This document shows positions 1-14,668 of a DNA stretch of 64,000 nucleotides, one piece after another. The DNA comes from Eledone cirrhosa (lineage: Eukaryota), in contig OZ024743.1 in the NCBI GenBank assembly GCA_964016885.1, forward strand, positions 39,680,001 through 39,744,000, given 5' to 3'. The notes below the pieces were generated by a model. That model worked only from the letters and a program-made list of their open reading frames with translations. It did not search any database and had not been told where the DNA came from. Position 1 is the first letter of the stretch; each line of letters opens with the position of its first letter. The position numbers were made by a program, and so were the translations under genes.

Positions 1-1627
1 AATAATAATATAACAACTAACCATAATCGTAACAATTTTAACTATGGTAACAATTTTAACAACTATAATAGAAAACCTTACATTAATTCCGAAAGCCGAA
101 AAAGAAATAGAACTAGGAACATATTATGGTTCGCTCCTCCTTTCTCATTAAATATCAAAACCCCTATTGCTAAATTATTTTTTAAAGCTCTTGACAAATG
201 CTTCCCTAGAACACATAGATATTACTCAATTTTTAATAGACATACTATAAAATTAACTTATTCTTCCACCAAAAATTTAGCGCAAAATATTAATAGAATT
301 AATAATAGAAATTTAAAACCTAACCAACATACCAATAATAACCCAAACAATATTCAATCTGATAAATTTAACTGTAGAAATAAATCTAACTGCCCGTTAA
401 ATAACAATTGCTTAGCTAAAAATGTAGTATATAATTGTAATGTAAAAACTAATTCAAATTCATTTAATTATGTGGGTTCTACCTCCCCAGAGTTTAAATC
501 CCGCTTCAATAATCATAAAAAATATTTTACAGATCCAAACAAAAAATCTTCAACTTCTCTATCTAGCCTATTATGGGACCTAAAACTAGAGAACGTTTAA
601 TATTCGTTGATTTGGAATATTATTTCAAAAGCTACTCCTTTTAACTCCTCTTCAGAAAATTGCGATCTTTGTATAGAGGAATATTCTTTATATTAAAGAC
701 CAAAAATTCCCTGTACTTAAGGAATAATTTATTCAGTTGCTGCAGACACAGATTAAACTCAACGTTTAAATATAAATATACATTTAAAATGTAATATATA
801 ATTAATTAATTAATTATATTAATATATGAAACCTGTCGATAAATCATTAGATTCCTTCATCTTTTTTGACTGATTAAACACTCAAGTATAAATAACTTTT
901 CTTCCTAAATATAAATAAATATAAATATAATAAACTATTCTAGAGAAATATATTGAGAGCTCTTCAAAGGAGAAAATATTTCCTATTTCTTATTTTTATT
1001 TTTATTGTTTTTTTTTTATTTTTTTGTTTTTTTTTTGTTTTTTGTTTTTTATTGTTTTTTTATTGTTTTCTCATTGTTCTGATAGCTTCTCCTATTTTCG
1101 AAAGTTTATCTTTTCAATATTTTGAGTTAAATATACGTAAGATAAATGTCTATACTAAATCTATTAAACATATATTATTTTGAAATTATAACTTAAAATA
1201 TTCTATAATATTTTTAAATTGTAATGTTTTTAAAGTTATATTGCTATAATTATATTTCCAAATTGTAATATAATCCTTTTGTATTTTATGTACTCAATTA
1301 TACTATGTACTGTATTGATGTATACTTCTCTCTATATGTGACTATATATGTATATGTGTATATTGACATACATGTACATATGTTCTATGCGTTTTTATGA
1401 ATATATGTCTGCCTGTATGTATATGTATGCGTGATGCGTGTCTACCTATTGGCTGAGGGTACACACGCATGTATATATATGTATATGTGAGAATGATATA
1501 TGTGCATGTGCGAGTATATCCATACAATTTGATTGCACTTATGTATAGTGTTTATCCCAATGATTCCTGACAGATAGACATATAATTTACAGTCATAAAT
1601 ACATAAGAGGTAATCTTATTTAATAAC

Positions 1628-1814
1628 TGTTTCTACGTTTGGCACAAGGCCAGAAATTACCCAGAGCATTACTGGTACTTTATTTTATCGACCCCGTAAG
1701 GATGAAAGCCAAAGTTAACCTCGGCGGGATTTGAACTCAGAATGGCATGGCCGTAACTCTATACGTCAAAGCATAGCGTCCGACCCTCTACCGATACTGC
1801 CAATCCACCGCCCT
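1628..1814 (-). mobile_element. tRNA-derived SINE
   Basis: Minus strand has A-box-like TGGCAGTATCGG, B-box GAGTTCAAATCC and core CTTTCATCCTTACGGGGTCGATAAAATAAAGTACCAG. Flanking repeat gtaatcttatttaataac. About 11 copies in the window. Confidence 0.9.
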
Positions 1815-2496
1815 TATTTAACCGTAATCTTATTTAATAACATAAAGTGTGTATAACATTAAATTAAAGAATCCATTATGCTTTGTGTGTATATATTATA
1901 TACGTAGTTAGATATGGTATGTATTTTATAAGTGTGTATATATATTTATATGTATTTTTCCGTGTGTATACGTGTTATATGATATGTAGTTCTCTAGCAA
2001 TATATGGATTTCTTAATGTATAGATCCCAATTTTTAATATATTGATCTCAATTTTTAAATGATTAACTAAACATCTAATCATATTTAAACAATGATTAAA
2101 TTCTCATATTATATATGTATATTCCATTCATGATTATTAATATGTCTAATTGTATTTATTCATTTCATCTCAATTGTTAAGTTAACTCAACAAGATATGA
2201 CTTAGGGTTTTGTTCTCTCCCCTTCTCTCAGTCTCCTCTCTCTCTATATATATCCTTCTCTCTCTGTTGTTCTGGTATCTCTCTCTCTTTTCTCTCTTTT
2301 TTTCTTTATTTCTCTCTTTTTCTCTCTCTCCTTCTTTTTCTTTCTCTGTAACCCAACGGCTTATTTTAAAAATAAAAATATCCAATACTAATAATAATAT
2401 AAGTAAACAACTCCAATATCCGGAAGCTTCCAACAGTAATGGTTGCATTTTTTAAGGGTATGTCAATACTTATTTATGAAACTGATCTATATTATA

Positions 2497-2555
2497 TTTT
2501 GTCTGATGAAAGCACACCATAATTTAACTTGGTGTCCTTGAAATATGTATAATGA
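2497..2555 (+). ncRNA. Hammerhead ribozyme motif (type I, partly decayed)
   Basis: CTGATGA (2503-2509), stem II AAG.ACACCA/TGGTGT.CTT, GAAA (2540-2543). Stems I and III are imperfect. Confidence 0.6.
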
Positions 2556-2599
2556 AATAAATATGGTTTTATAAATCTAGTTTCCATTTGTTAATATCG

Positions 2600-2632
<33 letters not shown>

Positions 2633-2734
2633 CTACCCGCATACACAGATACAGACACACACACACATTCACGCACACACACACACACACAAACATATAT
2701 ATATATATACAAGCAATATATATATATATATATA

Positions 2735-4598
2735 GTGGTGGAACACTGGAAGGTAATATCTGTAGTGACAGACTACTCAGTCCAAAGGACGAGTAAGGTA
2801 GAAGTGGTTACACAACAGTTAGTTCACTATACCGGGGAAAAATTGTTTCACCATAGCGGATCTTCAGCTAGTGATGTGTATAGTTATAGAAACAGGAAGG
2901 TCAACCGTACGAACGCGCATGCGCATACACTCGGTCACTTCACACAGGCAATACTGGACTACGTGCGAGAGGTGTAAGGGAGATAATTGCTAAAGTTCGG
3001 AAAGATTTTAGGTTGAAAATAAAATAAAAATAAAATTAAAAATAAAATTACAAAGAATCAGTACAGAGCCTTGTCGTTATGCAATAGATGTTTGGTGACG
3101 TGTGGACAACGTGTGAAAAATTCACGCCTCGTGTTTAGGCAATCACTATTGCGTAATCTCTTTAGGATAGTTATTCGTTTGTCAATACACAAGCCACACG
3201 TCGGATTTCTCCTTGCGTATTGCTTCGATTTAGTGATGGCTTTCCATTGAATGGAGTATCCTATACTTGAGCCCTTGAGGGACCATAGGTGGCTCGCGAG
3301 TTTTGTGGATGAACGTCTGTCCGGGTATCTGATGGTAGACAGGTGGTTCAAAGAGTTAGGCCTTAGGATAACAGTAGCCACCAACCTCTTTAGCGTAGAT
3401 TTCTTAGACATTAATCTAGACATTCGCACCCACACCCACAGACCCTTCCATAAGCTAAACGAGAAATTTAATTACATTCACAAGGACTCATGCCACCCTC
3501 CCACTGTTTTTAGAAACTTCGTTAAGAATATCATTACTAGAATCTCATACCTTTCCTCTAATAAGACTATCTTTGACAGGGCGGCACCCTACTATAACAC
3601 GGCGTTAGCTAACAGTGGCTTTTCACAACCTATCATTTACTCTCCCACTATCAACAACACCAATAAGAGAAGTAAGCGCAACAATAGACAAACTATCTGG
3701 TTCTCTCCTCCCTTCTCGCTCAACGTTAAAACCAATGTAGGAAAAACATTTCTAGCCCTCTCAGATAGACACTTCCCCATAGGTCATAAATAACGCTCCA
3801 TCTTTAACCGACACAAAGTTAAACAAGGATACTCTTGGGCTAAGAACATGAAGGCCCACATCACCAGCAGCCCTAGGAGCAACACCCCACTAGGGTGCTG
3901 TTGCCGAAAGCCTGAAGCTTGCCCTCTTCAACAGCAATGCAAACACCAGCAGTAATCCATGAAGCTTTGGTCACTTCCAACCGAACAAACGAATCACAGG
4001 AGGTCAAATCCTATGTGGGCATGGTGGAGGGCCGATTCAAGGAGCGTTTCCTGAACCACCAGTCTACATTCAGATACCTGGACAGACGTTCATCCACGAA
4101 ACTCGCGGCCACGTATGGCCCCTCAAGGACTCAAGTATAGGCTACTCCATTCAATGGAAAGTCATCACTAAGTCCAAGCCATACGCAAGGGGAAATCCGA
4201 CGTGTGTCTTAAGTATTGACGAACGAATAACTATCCTAAAGAGATTACGCAATATTGATGGCCTAAACACGAGAAGTGCATTTTTCACACGTTGTCCACA
4301 CGTCACCAAACATCTATTGCATAACTACAAGGCTCCGGACTAATTGTTTGTAATTTCATTTTTAATTTTATTTTAATATTATTTTCAACCTAAAAAGTTT
4401 TCAAAATTTCGCAGTTATCTAGCTTACACCTCTCGCACGCAGTCTAGTATTTCATGTGAGAAGTGAATGAGTTTCTGCGCATGCGCATTCGTACGGTTGT
4501 CCTTCCTGTTACTATAACCATACACATCCTGAGCTGAAGATCCGCTAAGGTGAAACAATTGTTCTCGGTATGGTGAACTAACTGTTGTATAACCACTT
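2735..4598 (+). mobile_element. Penelope-like element (family A): 5'-truncated body with inverted 3'-end copy
   Basis: 3345-4340 encodes RT thumb, linker and GIY-YIG (VDFLDINLD, SCHPP, WFSPPFS, SYVGM..FKERFLNH). 2795-3350 is the reverse complement of ~4045-4598, and 2735-2794 is an extra tail. (TA)n on both sides. Confidence 0.9.
4528..4568 (+). ncRNA. Minimal type I hammerhead ribozyme with palindromic stem III
   Basis: GAG-CTGAAGA-tCCgctaaGGt-GAAACAATTGTT-CTC. A decayed inverted copy is at ~2833-2872 (-). Confidence 0.75.
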
Positions 4599-4620
4599 AT
4601 ATATATATATATATATATAT

Positions 4621-6863
4621 ACAAGCAATTTGATTCTGGCTAGAGAAATATCCAATGAGATACCTGGCAGAATACAAAACAGCTTCATCACCGAGGGATT
4701 CAAATTTATTTTTCAGAACAACTTTTTTTATTTCGATGGCAGTACTTACAAGCACATATCGGGGACTGCGATGGGTATAAAAGCCGCTCCAACTTATGCC
4801 AACTTAGTCATGGCATACTTAGAAGTCCAGATTTATGAACAGTCCAAATCAAAATACGGATAGAACTTCCACAAATATTTATCAGAGAATTGGAAACGCT
4901 ACTTGGATGATTGTCTCATTATTTGGCCTCACACACTCGACCAACTGAATGATTTCAAAAATGTAATAAACGGCATCAATAACCACATCCAATTCACAAT
5001 GGAATACAGTCAAGATGAACTCCCATTTCTCGACATCTTAATCTTAAAAAGAGAGAAAAATATTGAAACTGACATACAATACAAACCAACAGATTCCAAA
5101 CAATACCTGCTGTTCACCTCCAAAAATCCAAAGCACACGAAGACCAACATCCTTTTTAACCTAGCAAGAAGAATTTGCACAATTGTCTCCAATTATGAAA
5201 CGCGAAATAAAAGACTTCAAGAATTAAAAGGAAATTCTACTCGAAAGAGAGTACCCACCATTACCAATAAATAATGGAATACAAAGGGCTAAAGTAATAG
5301 GCATTGATGAATTACGAAAACAGACACAAATTCAAGGGACGTCCAATATTCTATCATATATCTCAACACACTTCACTTGCTCATCAAAAAATCTACTTTA
5401 TGCCATTAAATGTAAAGGATGCAATGAAGATGATATAGGACAAACTAAACTCACACGCAAAAATAAAATGACAGTTCATCGCCAACAATTACGAGATGCA
5501 ACGACAAGACAGATTCCACTAAGCGCATATCTAGACATTTGCGCAAGTAATAAGACACCCCAATTCCAAGTCTTCCCATTTTACACTTGCGCTGACAATA
5601 CAACCTAACAAATACGAATAAATAAGGAAAATATGTTTATTCAAAAATATAGACCAGCGTTAAATATGGTTTAATATACATTACGTCAACACCATAACAT
5701 GCTGACCATCCAAACAGACTCATATGCACACACATAACACCTTCTACTTTAGAAAATAAACACCCGAACTAAATAAACCTTAACATACGTTTGCGCTTAC
5801 AATACAACAGAACAAATACGAATAAGTAGGGAAAATATGTTCATTCAAAAATATTCCTACTAACGGAATCATTTTCCTACACACACACACACACACAAAA
5901 TATATATTTCCTTCATCTTAACATGCTAACCATACTCCCACACACACATAACACCCATACACACACACATAACGCCCCCACACACACAACTCCCTCCCCC
6001 ATTTCTACTAATATAATCACTTTCCTACATACACACACACACACAAACAAAATATATATATTCTCTCCATCTTAACATACTCCCATACACACACACATAA
6101 CACCCATACACACACACCCACAACTCCCTCACCCATTTCTACCAATAGAATCATCTTCCTATACACACACACAAACACACAAATAAACATATATATGTCT
6201 ACTTTCTTTATCTCAATAGAAACTCTGAACTCTGACACCCCAGCGAACCAGACATATTCACTGAACCAGAAAAATTCTCCTATCCCATTTCTCTTGACCA
6301 TTCATTCGCTTGTCATGCAATTCTCTAAAAGGCTACGAAATAAATTCCCAAATACGGGCGCGATTTTTAAATAACGTGTTCACGTGACAGCCATAATTTC
6401 ATGTATAACAAATCAAATTACATTTAAAAAAAAAAGACTTCGTGAGCCCCTTTTTTTAAGTAAAAAGGAATTCAAACACTCATATATGAAAACTCAATCT
6501 GACCTCCCCCCCCTTGTTTGAAGAACTTTGTAACGCGAACAGGCGCGAAATTTATTATGTTTATTGACCAACCAATCTAATTACTTCTCTAAAAACCTGG
6601 CGTTTCGAGCCACTTTTTCCATAAAAACAAGTAACATTCAAAGACCACCCAGATGTGAGAAAAACCACAGACCCTCCATCTCAACTTTACTTTTGAAAAA
6701 CAGAAGAACTGCGAAACCGGTAAAGGAACCAAATAAATATATATATATATTTTTTAAATAAGACTCCAGTTGCATTTTCGATTTCATCTTTTTTTCTTTA
6801 TACTTTCACTCGGATAGGACACCTCGGTTATTTTTCATTTTTTAAAAAAACCTCACTTTCTAA
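4621..6863 (+). mobile_element. Penelope-like element (family D; possibly Neptune-type), 5'-truncated RT + GIY-YIG pseudo-ORF and 3' UTR
   Basis: GTAMGIKAAPTYANLVM, RYLDDCLIIW, LPFLDILI, YKPTDSKQYL. After an internal deletion: TCSSKNLLYAIKCKGC..IGQT..MTVHRQQ. CA-rich 3' UTR, HHR-like motif at 6690-6726, flanked by (TA)n. Confidence 0.9.
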
Positions 6864-6875
6864 TATATATATATA

Positions 6876-7289
6876 ATATTAATAAAAGGAATTCCAACTT
6901 TGTCTGATTTACTCATTTTATTTACAATCCTTTAAAACTATAGTATAATAAAATAGTATGGTAGAATATTAAATGTCAAGTGTTACTTAAACAAGTACGT
7001 TCAGGCTTTCGCAATCTGCAGGTTCATATTCAGTGGTGACAGTCAAGTTTGCAATTTTGAACTGTAAGTATTCACAGTTGAAAATTGCAAAATTGACTAT
7101 CAACACTGAATATGAAACTGAAGATTGCAAAAGCCTGAAAGTACTTGTTCAATTAACACTTAACATTTAATAGTCTACCATACTATTTCATTATAATATC
7201 ATGATAATTTTAAAGGATTGTAAATCAGACAAAGTTGGTATTCCTTTTATTAATATAATCTTCTATACACAATCAGACACATCCGTGTA

Positions 7290-7298
<9 letters not shown>
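6876..7298. mobile_element. Fold-back PLE 3'-end insertion (family C) with HHR
   Basis: Imperfect inverted arms 6876-7065 and 7074-7256, with an extra tail at 7257-7298. (TA)n flanks. Confidence 0.85.
7113..7151 (+). ncRNA. Minimal hammerhead ribozyme motif
   Basis: TGAA(A/C)-CTGAAGA-ttGCaaaaGCct-GAAA-GTAC-TT-GTTCA: one-bp stem III capped by palindromic GTAC. The opposite arm supplies TGAAC for stem I. Confidence 0.7.
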
Positions 7299-7877
<579 letters not shown>

Positions 7878-9000
7878 TAATAATAATAAATTTGAAGACT
7901 CAAATCCCAAGAGGGCTCGATAAGGATAAATATATATATCAAATATATAAGAACCGTAGAGCAAATATTTATTAAAATAACAGATTAAAGTTTAAGCAAA
8001 GAGTCGCTGCTTTCAACCTTAACGGGACCTTCTGAAACTGACAAAGACAATCTGTAAACGCAGAAGTGAATATTTCAAAAAACGTTGCAACCGGAGGAAG
8101 ACAGGAAGACGAGAATTTGGTTCGTGGAAACGTTCCCTGGCAAAGAACGGGAAAAAACAAATGTAATACGTCATTAATTGGAGCGGCGAAGAACAATTAC
8201 ACGCAAAGACAGAACCACGTATATGGTATAAAAGAAGTCGTAGACTAATATTCTCTTAGGTAGTTCATAGAGACGTGGCCATACCATTAGCTAAGGTCTT
8301 TATATACCTTATTACGAAGCATTTCCCCCTACACATAAATATAGTGAAATTGTTAATAGCAATACTATTAAAATGTCTTACTCTACAAACTCCTAACCTT
8401 GCACATAACATCACAGCTTCAAATTAAGCTAAACTACCTAGCCGTAGGAACACGTGCAACCCTGTAGTTAGTACTAACTGTAATTGTAGAAATCGGGTTG
8501 ATTGCCCCCTATCCGGGAAATGCCTCTCTAGTAACATTGTCTACAAATGTTATGTTGAAACACCCACGTCCCGTAGGGCCTAGATAGGGTTAACCGCTAA
8601 TGGATTCAAGTAGCGTTTTTACATGCATACCCATTATTTTCGTTACCCTCTAAGAAGGAATATGACGTCACTTTCTGATTATATTTGGAGTCTAAAAGAC
8701 AACCACACCCAATATAAGTTACACTGGGAGATCCTAGCTAGGGCTAGATCGTATAATGGAAATAAAAGACCATGTGACCTCTGCGCCGCTGAGGCCCTGG
8801 GAATACTCTACGCCACAGACCACATCTTAAACAAAAAATCTGAGGCAATTTCGGCTTGTAAACATAAATTGCACAATACTTTCCTGTATTGCTGCCCCAC
8901 ATTATACCCTAACGGATAGTACGATCTATACGCGGATATTTTACGTCTTGATGTGGTAGCTAAATATATGTTATGTTTATACCATTACTTATTTGCATAG

Positions 9001-9985
9001 GTAAGTATATATTACATGTATGTTTTCTGAAGGTACGTATACTTTCTCGTACGTATATTTGATTGTATATGTTATGGCGTATATTTTATATATTCTGGTA
9101 CACATGCTTTTGGTTATGTGTATACGTGAGTTGTGCGTCTGTGAAAGTATGCGGGTTCGTACATGTGTAGGGTGTGTATATGTGTTCTTCTTGTTTTGGT
9201 TGACCTAGTCTGCGAACATTTGTGTATTTACATGTAGGTATGTGTGTGCGCCTGGTATATACGGATTTATTTATATATATACGTTTATTTAATTATTTGT
9301 AATCACGCACACACACACATTTTTATATGTGCGTGTATTTGTATACCTATGGCGAGTGTTTCCGCGTATGATTCTGTATTTACGTATTTGGATGCGTGTA
9401 TGTATTTATTTAATTTCAATTACCTCCGTATTGTTTTACTTTATTCTTAACTCTGGTTCGTGCACGCTTTGAGACTTCCCCCGGAGAGACTGGTTAACCA
9501 AGTACTTAAATGGCACCCACAGGGAAGCAGACAGAGAGGGCGACCCAAAATGAACTGGCGCCAGACAGTTGAGAGGGATCTGCGAGCGACAAACAGACAA
9601 TGGCGGGACGCTGTGCAGCTGGCTGCTGACCGAACGCGGTGGAACACTATGATTGCCTCATGCGTCGCAAGACTCGGGAGCATCTGTGTCTGAGTCTGAG
9701 TAACTCTGAAGCGGAGAATCATTCGGTTTCCTAGTTACAATTTTAGTATACGACTTCAGTTATACCATTTACGTGGTTTTGTCCAATTGTTCTCTTCGCT
9801 CCACATATGACGTATTATCTTCGTTTTTTTTGTTCATTGCCACAGAACGTCTCTATGAACCACCTAAGAGTATATTAGTCTACGACTTCTTTCATACCAT
9901 ACACGTGGTTCTGTCTTTGCGTGTAATTGTTTTCACCGCTCCAAATAATGACGTATTATATTCGTTTTTTCCCGTTCTTTGCCAG
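9001..9985 (+). other. Spliceosomal intron inside the PLE 3' UTR
   Basis: AG|GTAAGT donor at 9001. Polypyrimidine tract plus CAG acceptor ending at 9985. The segment is precisely absent from the copy at 14135-14386. Confidence 0.8.
9456..9700 (+). mobile_element. RTE-clade LINE 3' fragment nested in the PLE intron
   Basis: LRLPPERLVNQVLKWHPQGSRQRGRPKMNW..AADRTRW is a typical RTE C-terminus. Tandem tail (tctgag)2. TSD taactctg at 9448-9455 and 9701-9708. Confidence 0.85.
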
Positions 9986-10145
9986 GGAATGTTTCCACGA
10001 ACAGAAGTATCGTCTTCCTGTCTTCCTCCGGTTGCAACGTTTTTTGAAATATTCACTTCTGCGTTTACAGATTGACTTTGTCAGTTTCAGAAGATCCCGT
10101 TAAGGGAGAAAGCAGCGACTCTTTGTTTAAACTTTAATCTGTTAC

Positions 10146-10176
<31 letters not shown>

Positions 10177-11106
10177 CTTATTGATCATAAATGGGATTTG
10201 TTAAGCAAACCAATTCAGATGAATCGATTATACTGACTCGAAAATATCTCTACTGGTGTTTCCTACCTTAAGTCCAACAGCAATTATCTTAACTAGTGGG
10301 ACATCTAACATCGTGAGACTGTTAATTATCAAGGGGCTTCTCGGTAGTAAAAAACAATTCATGCGGACAAAATCTATGAGAACACTGCAACAGGGAATTG
10401 TTCTGAATCTTGATGAGGATGCTTACTGTATTAATATACAGTAGAATATACTATCATTCTCAAAGTTTAACAGTTTCAGAAACAGACATAGATATTTTGT
10501 ATGTAAATATTCGCAATATTTCGTCCTAGTGAAATCCACGGTAAACTTGTGACCAGGTAGTACATATTTATTTAAAAATTAAAAAGTAAGAGTAGAAATA
10601 TCTATGAAGGGAATTTTAAAATAGTATATTCAACTGAGATGGTATATACTAGACAATATAGAAGGAAGATAGAATACATTAGTTGAAGAAAGTGAATAAG
10701 CCACTAGTATAGAGATTAAGAGACTATGCTGAAAAAAAATCAATGAATTCAGTCCAGAATAGATGAAATAGGTCAAGAGAGTATCAGAAAATACTAGAGA
10801 AAGCAACATGCCAGAGTGGACACAGGGAACGCAAATGGAATTTATCGGTTAGAAAATAAATTAAACCTAGACTCCAAAAGATCTCAATTCAGAATTTGAA
10901 CGAACGCAACAATTATGAAACTTTTATATGGAGGTAGTAGATTAAAGTATCTCCATGAACGGAATATAAATGGCGCCTTAGTTATTAATGTAAATATGAG
11001 AAAAGAATTTTAAATTTAATATAAATAGTAGAGCGAATATACAATATATCCAAAATGTTGACATATGAGACATAATATCTCTTTCCCCCCCTCTCATACA
11101 GGTTTA

Positions 11107-11195
<89 letters not shown>

Positions 11196-11488
11196 ACGTG
11201 TGTGTGTGTGTGTGTGTGCGTGTGTGTTTGTGTGAGTGTATGAGTAGAATATATATGAGGATGACAGAGTGTATTCAAAATGGTGAAGGTTTGGATGAAA
11301 GGTTATATTTCGAAACTATTTTTATATAGGAATGTAATACATTAGTAGGCTTCAGCTGAATTGAAATATGTAATGTCGTCAGAAATATGTCATGTGAATT
11401 TCGGTTAAGCGGATGATGGTTAGACAGCAGTCACCATTCTTATCACAGGTTTTATAAATACACACACACACAGAGGCAGACATATATG

Positions 11489-11602
<114 letters not shown>

Positions 11603-12497
11603 CTTTAATGCGTAGAAATATCCGAGACCACCACCAGGCAACTGATGATGACCCCCCCCCCCCTCGCGTTCTTGCTTTATTCTTATTATTATGCTTAAGC
11701 ATACCTTATCTACCAACTACACAGTCAATCCTCTTCTCCATATTTATAAGTATATATGTGTATATATATATATATATATAAACACGGAAGGCACAATCAC
11801 AAGGACAATTCCCGCTCACTCGCAGTGTTGTGTGTGTCATTATAGTTTCGGATGCTTTATAAGGGAGGCCTATTAACCACCGTGCATCAATAATTATCCA
11901 ATAAATATTCGTGAAGAAAACACAACGGACGTTGGACGAAAAAACTACCGAATCAACCCCCCAAAAAAACAAAGAAATATCGACATAACTGTCCAGGAAC
12001 AAAGATACCCTCTCTCTCTATCTTCATTTCTCTCTCCGTCTATGTCTATTACCCTTCTCTGTCTATCCATCTATATTTATTCTCCATTGCTCTCAGGTCA
12101 TAATACTACCTCACCCAACACTTTATATTCAAGCATTTGTTTCCTGCTTTTTACGATCCGTCCAAAGATCAGTTCATTCGATCAAGCCACATCTCCTACC
12201 TGTTAATACTGTCTCTATGACCAATGCACGAGTCAACTTTTATTCATTCGTTCCATTCGTTCCTAAGGTTGTTACCCACGCTTATGTGCGCTGCTTTCGA
12301 ATGTACCTATTTTCCAGTCTTTTATTGATATGTCGATATTTCTATGATTCATGTGTTTTTCTACGATTATTTCTGTGTTTCTATGATTCTTTGATTTTCT
12401 TCGTCCAAATTTCGTTAAGTATATATTTAAAAGCTAGTCGTCCTAGTATAAATGACTATAATTATAATCGGGAATCGTTTGAGAAATGTCTATATAT

Positions 12498-12685
12498 AAT
12501 TGTTTCTACTTTTGGCACAAGGACAGCAATTATTCCAGTGTATTACTGGTACTTTATTTTATCGACCCCGTAAGGATAAAAGGTAAAGTTAACCTCGGCG
12601 AGATTTGAACTCAGTCCATAAAGGGACGTAACTGGGCTGCAAAGTATGGCGTCCGACCCTCTACCGATACTGCCAATCCACCGCC
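12498..12685 (-). mobile_element. tRNA-derived SINE
   Basis: Same family as 1628-1814. Confidence 0.9.
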
Positions 12686-12984
12686 ATGTTTATATATAAT
12701 GAAAATATGAGAGTCTCGCTATACAACTATACAATCACAATGTGACCATAAGCAAGTTCTTATATTTCATTTTGCTCAAGTACACATATCTGGATATATG
12801 TTTTTGGTGCATATTGTTCAAATTACCATTGTAGACATATACTCTCTCTCGCTAATGCCTTATATTAAGCACACATACGCACACACACATTTATATGTAT
12901 ATAAATATAAATATAAATATGTGTATGTGTGTGTGTATCTATGTATACATACATATATACATATATATATATATAGACACATAT

Positions 12985-13054
<70 letters not shown>

Positions 13055-13844
13055 GGGTAATATTTGCATATTTGTTGTAAGCATGTATGAAATTGCTATA
13101 AAATATTGGACTTGCGTTTGCCACCATGAGCTCTTGAGTCCAAAAATATAGAATATCTCCAGATTTTTAGTAACAACATCAAAAGCAGATATATGGTTGA
13201 CACTGTGACTTTTACTTCTTATACGTATACCTCCATATGTGGGTGATAGATGAATTATATTTGATGAAGCTTGATGAAAATTTTACAATAATAGAATGGT
13301 TCCTTACGTCTTCGCTTTCCAAGATAATCTACTTCAAAATCAAGACATTAGATCCAAATAAAATTTAAATATTGCGTCAAATACACGCGACATTTTTTGA
13401 AGTAAAATTGAAATTGTATGAAAGCCCGTCCGACTGATGGTATCATATATTCAAACATCCAGGCTCGCCGCGCTGTTTGTGCCTAACAATTGTGTTTCCT
13501 GTACATATGTTTGTAGGTCAAATACGACAGAGGGTAGATTGTCATTTCTGGTGTTTGCCGTTTGCGAAATAATCGAATATTTGTCAATGGAAGAGAAATA
13601 TTTCTTTATGTATTTACCAACACCTACATTCAGTTCTCAGAAATAACGCAGGTATTGATTTTTCTTCATTATCGATCTCTATTCAGTACTTATCATTTGG
13701 GTGAAATGTTCTGTATGATTTCATATCGTATCAAACATGTTAGATATACTGGTTTGACATTTCACAGGCCCTGTCCAATAATTAATGATAATGTGGCAGT
13801 TGCAAAATTATGAGGTACGTATATATATATATATATATATATAT

Positions 13845-14380
13845 AGTAATAATAATAAATTTGAAGACTAAAATCCAAAGAGGGCTCGATAAGGATAAAT
13901 ATATATCAAATATATAAGAACCGTAGAGCAAATATTTATTAAAATAACAGATTAAAGTTTAAGCAAAGAATCGCTGCTTTCGCCCTTAACGGGATCTTCT
14001 GAAACTAACAAAGTCAATCTGTAAACGCAGAAGTGGATATTTCAAAAAACGTTGCAACCGGAGGAAGACAGGAAGACGATACTTTGGTTCGTGGAAACGT
14101 TCGCTATGCAAATAAGTAATGGTATAAACGAATAGTACGATCTATACGTGGATATTTTACGTCTTGATGTGGTAGCTAAGTATATGTTTTGTTTATACCA
14201 TTACTTATTTGCATAGCGAACGTTTCCACGAACCAAAGTATCGTCTTCCTGTCTTCCTCCGGTTGCAACGTTTTTTGAAATATCCACTTCTGCGTTTACA
14301 GATTGACTTTGTTAGTTTCAGAAGATCCCGTTAAGGGTGAAAGCAGCGATTCTTTGCTTAAACTTTAATCTGTTATTTTA

Positions 14381-14386
<6 letters not shown>
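13845..14386. mobile_element. Fold-back insertion of family B, spliced version
   Basis: Near-identical arms ~13932-14129 and 14191-14386. Tail 13845-13931 matches 7876-7965. (TA)n flanks. Confidence 0.9.
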
Positions 14387-14420
<34 letters not shown>

Positions 14421-14423
<3 letters not shown>

Positions 14424-14668
14424 GTTAAAAGAATAGAGGTGTAACACACTAGTTATTATATATTGGTAAACGGAATAGAAAATGCTGACAAATTGTTCAC
14501 AGTTGAAAAATGGTTTAATTAGGAATAAAATAGTATTAGGGATTGTATGGGTTAGTATTCTTAAAACCACAACTGAATACTAACCCATACAATCACTAAT
14601 ACTCTTTTATTCCTAATTAAACCATTTTTCAACTGTGAACAATGTGTCAGCATTTTCTATTCCGTTTA

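Larger units (their letters stand above)
1..2600 (+). mobile_element. Degenerate Penelope-like retroelement, 3' part (linker + GIY-YIG remnant at 1-790, long 3' UTR, terminal HHR)
   Basis: Manual translation gives RNILWFAPPFSLNIKT..FP..H.YYSIFNRHTIKLTYS..NCRNKSNCPLNNNCLAKNVVYNC..YVGST..FKSRFNNH..CDLCIEE, with stops and frameshifts. An HHR core lies at ~2500 and the element ends in (TA)n. Assigning 790-2600 to the same element is inferred. Confidence 0.8.

Noticed and set aside
1700-1814. tRNA genes suggested by A/B boxes
   Set aside because: All are SINE heads attached to the SINE core, and no cloverleaf is evident.
5870-6190. ~150-bp CA-rich tandem units, and ~230-bp tandem duplication at 34890-35350, as CRISPR-like or satellite arrays
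   Set aside because: Only two or three degenerate units inside PLE 3' UTRs, with no repeat-spacer structure, in a eukaryotic context.
6876-7298. Palindromes as sequencing or assembly artefacts
   Set aside because: Arms differ by many substitutions and indels, and one arm elsewhere holds a private SINE. Artefact is unlikely but not formally excluded for the near-perfect ones.
11780-12420. Possible old fold-back (ttggacgaa/ttcgtccaa, gaaatatcgacata/tatgtcgatatttc)
   Set aside because: Only two short inverted matches, too decayed to delimit or assign.
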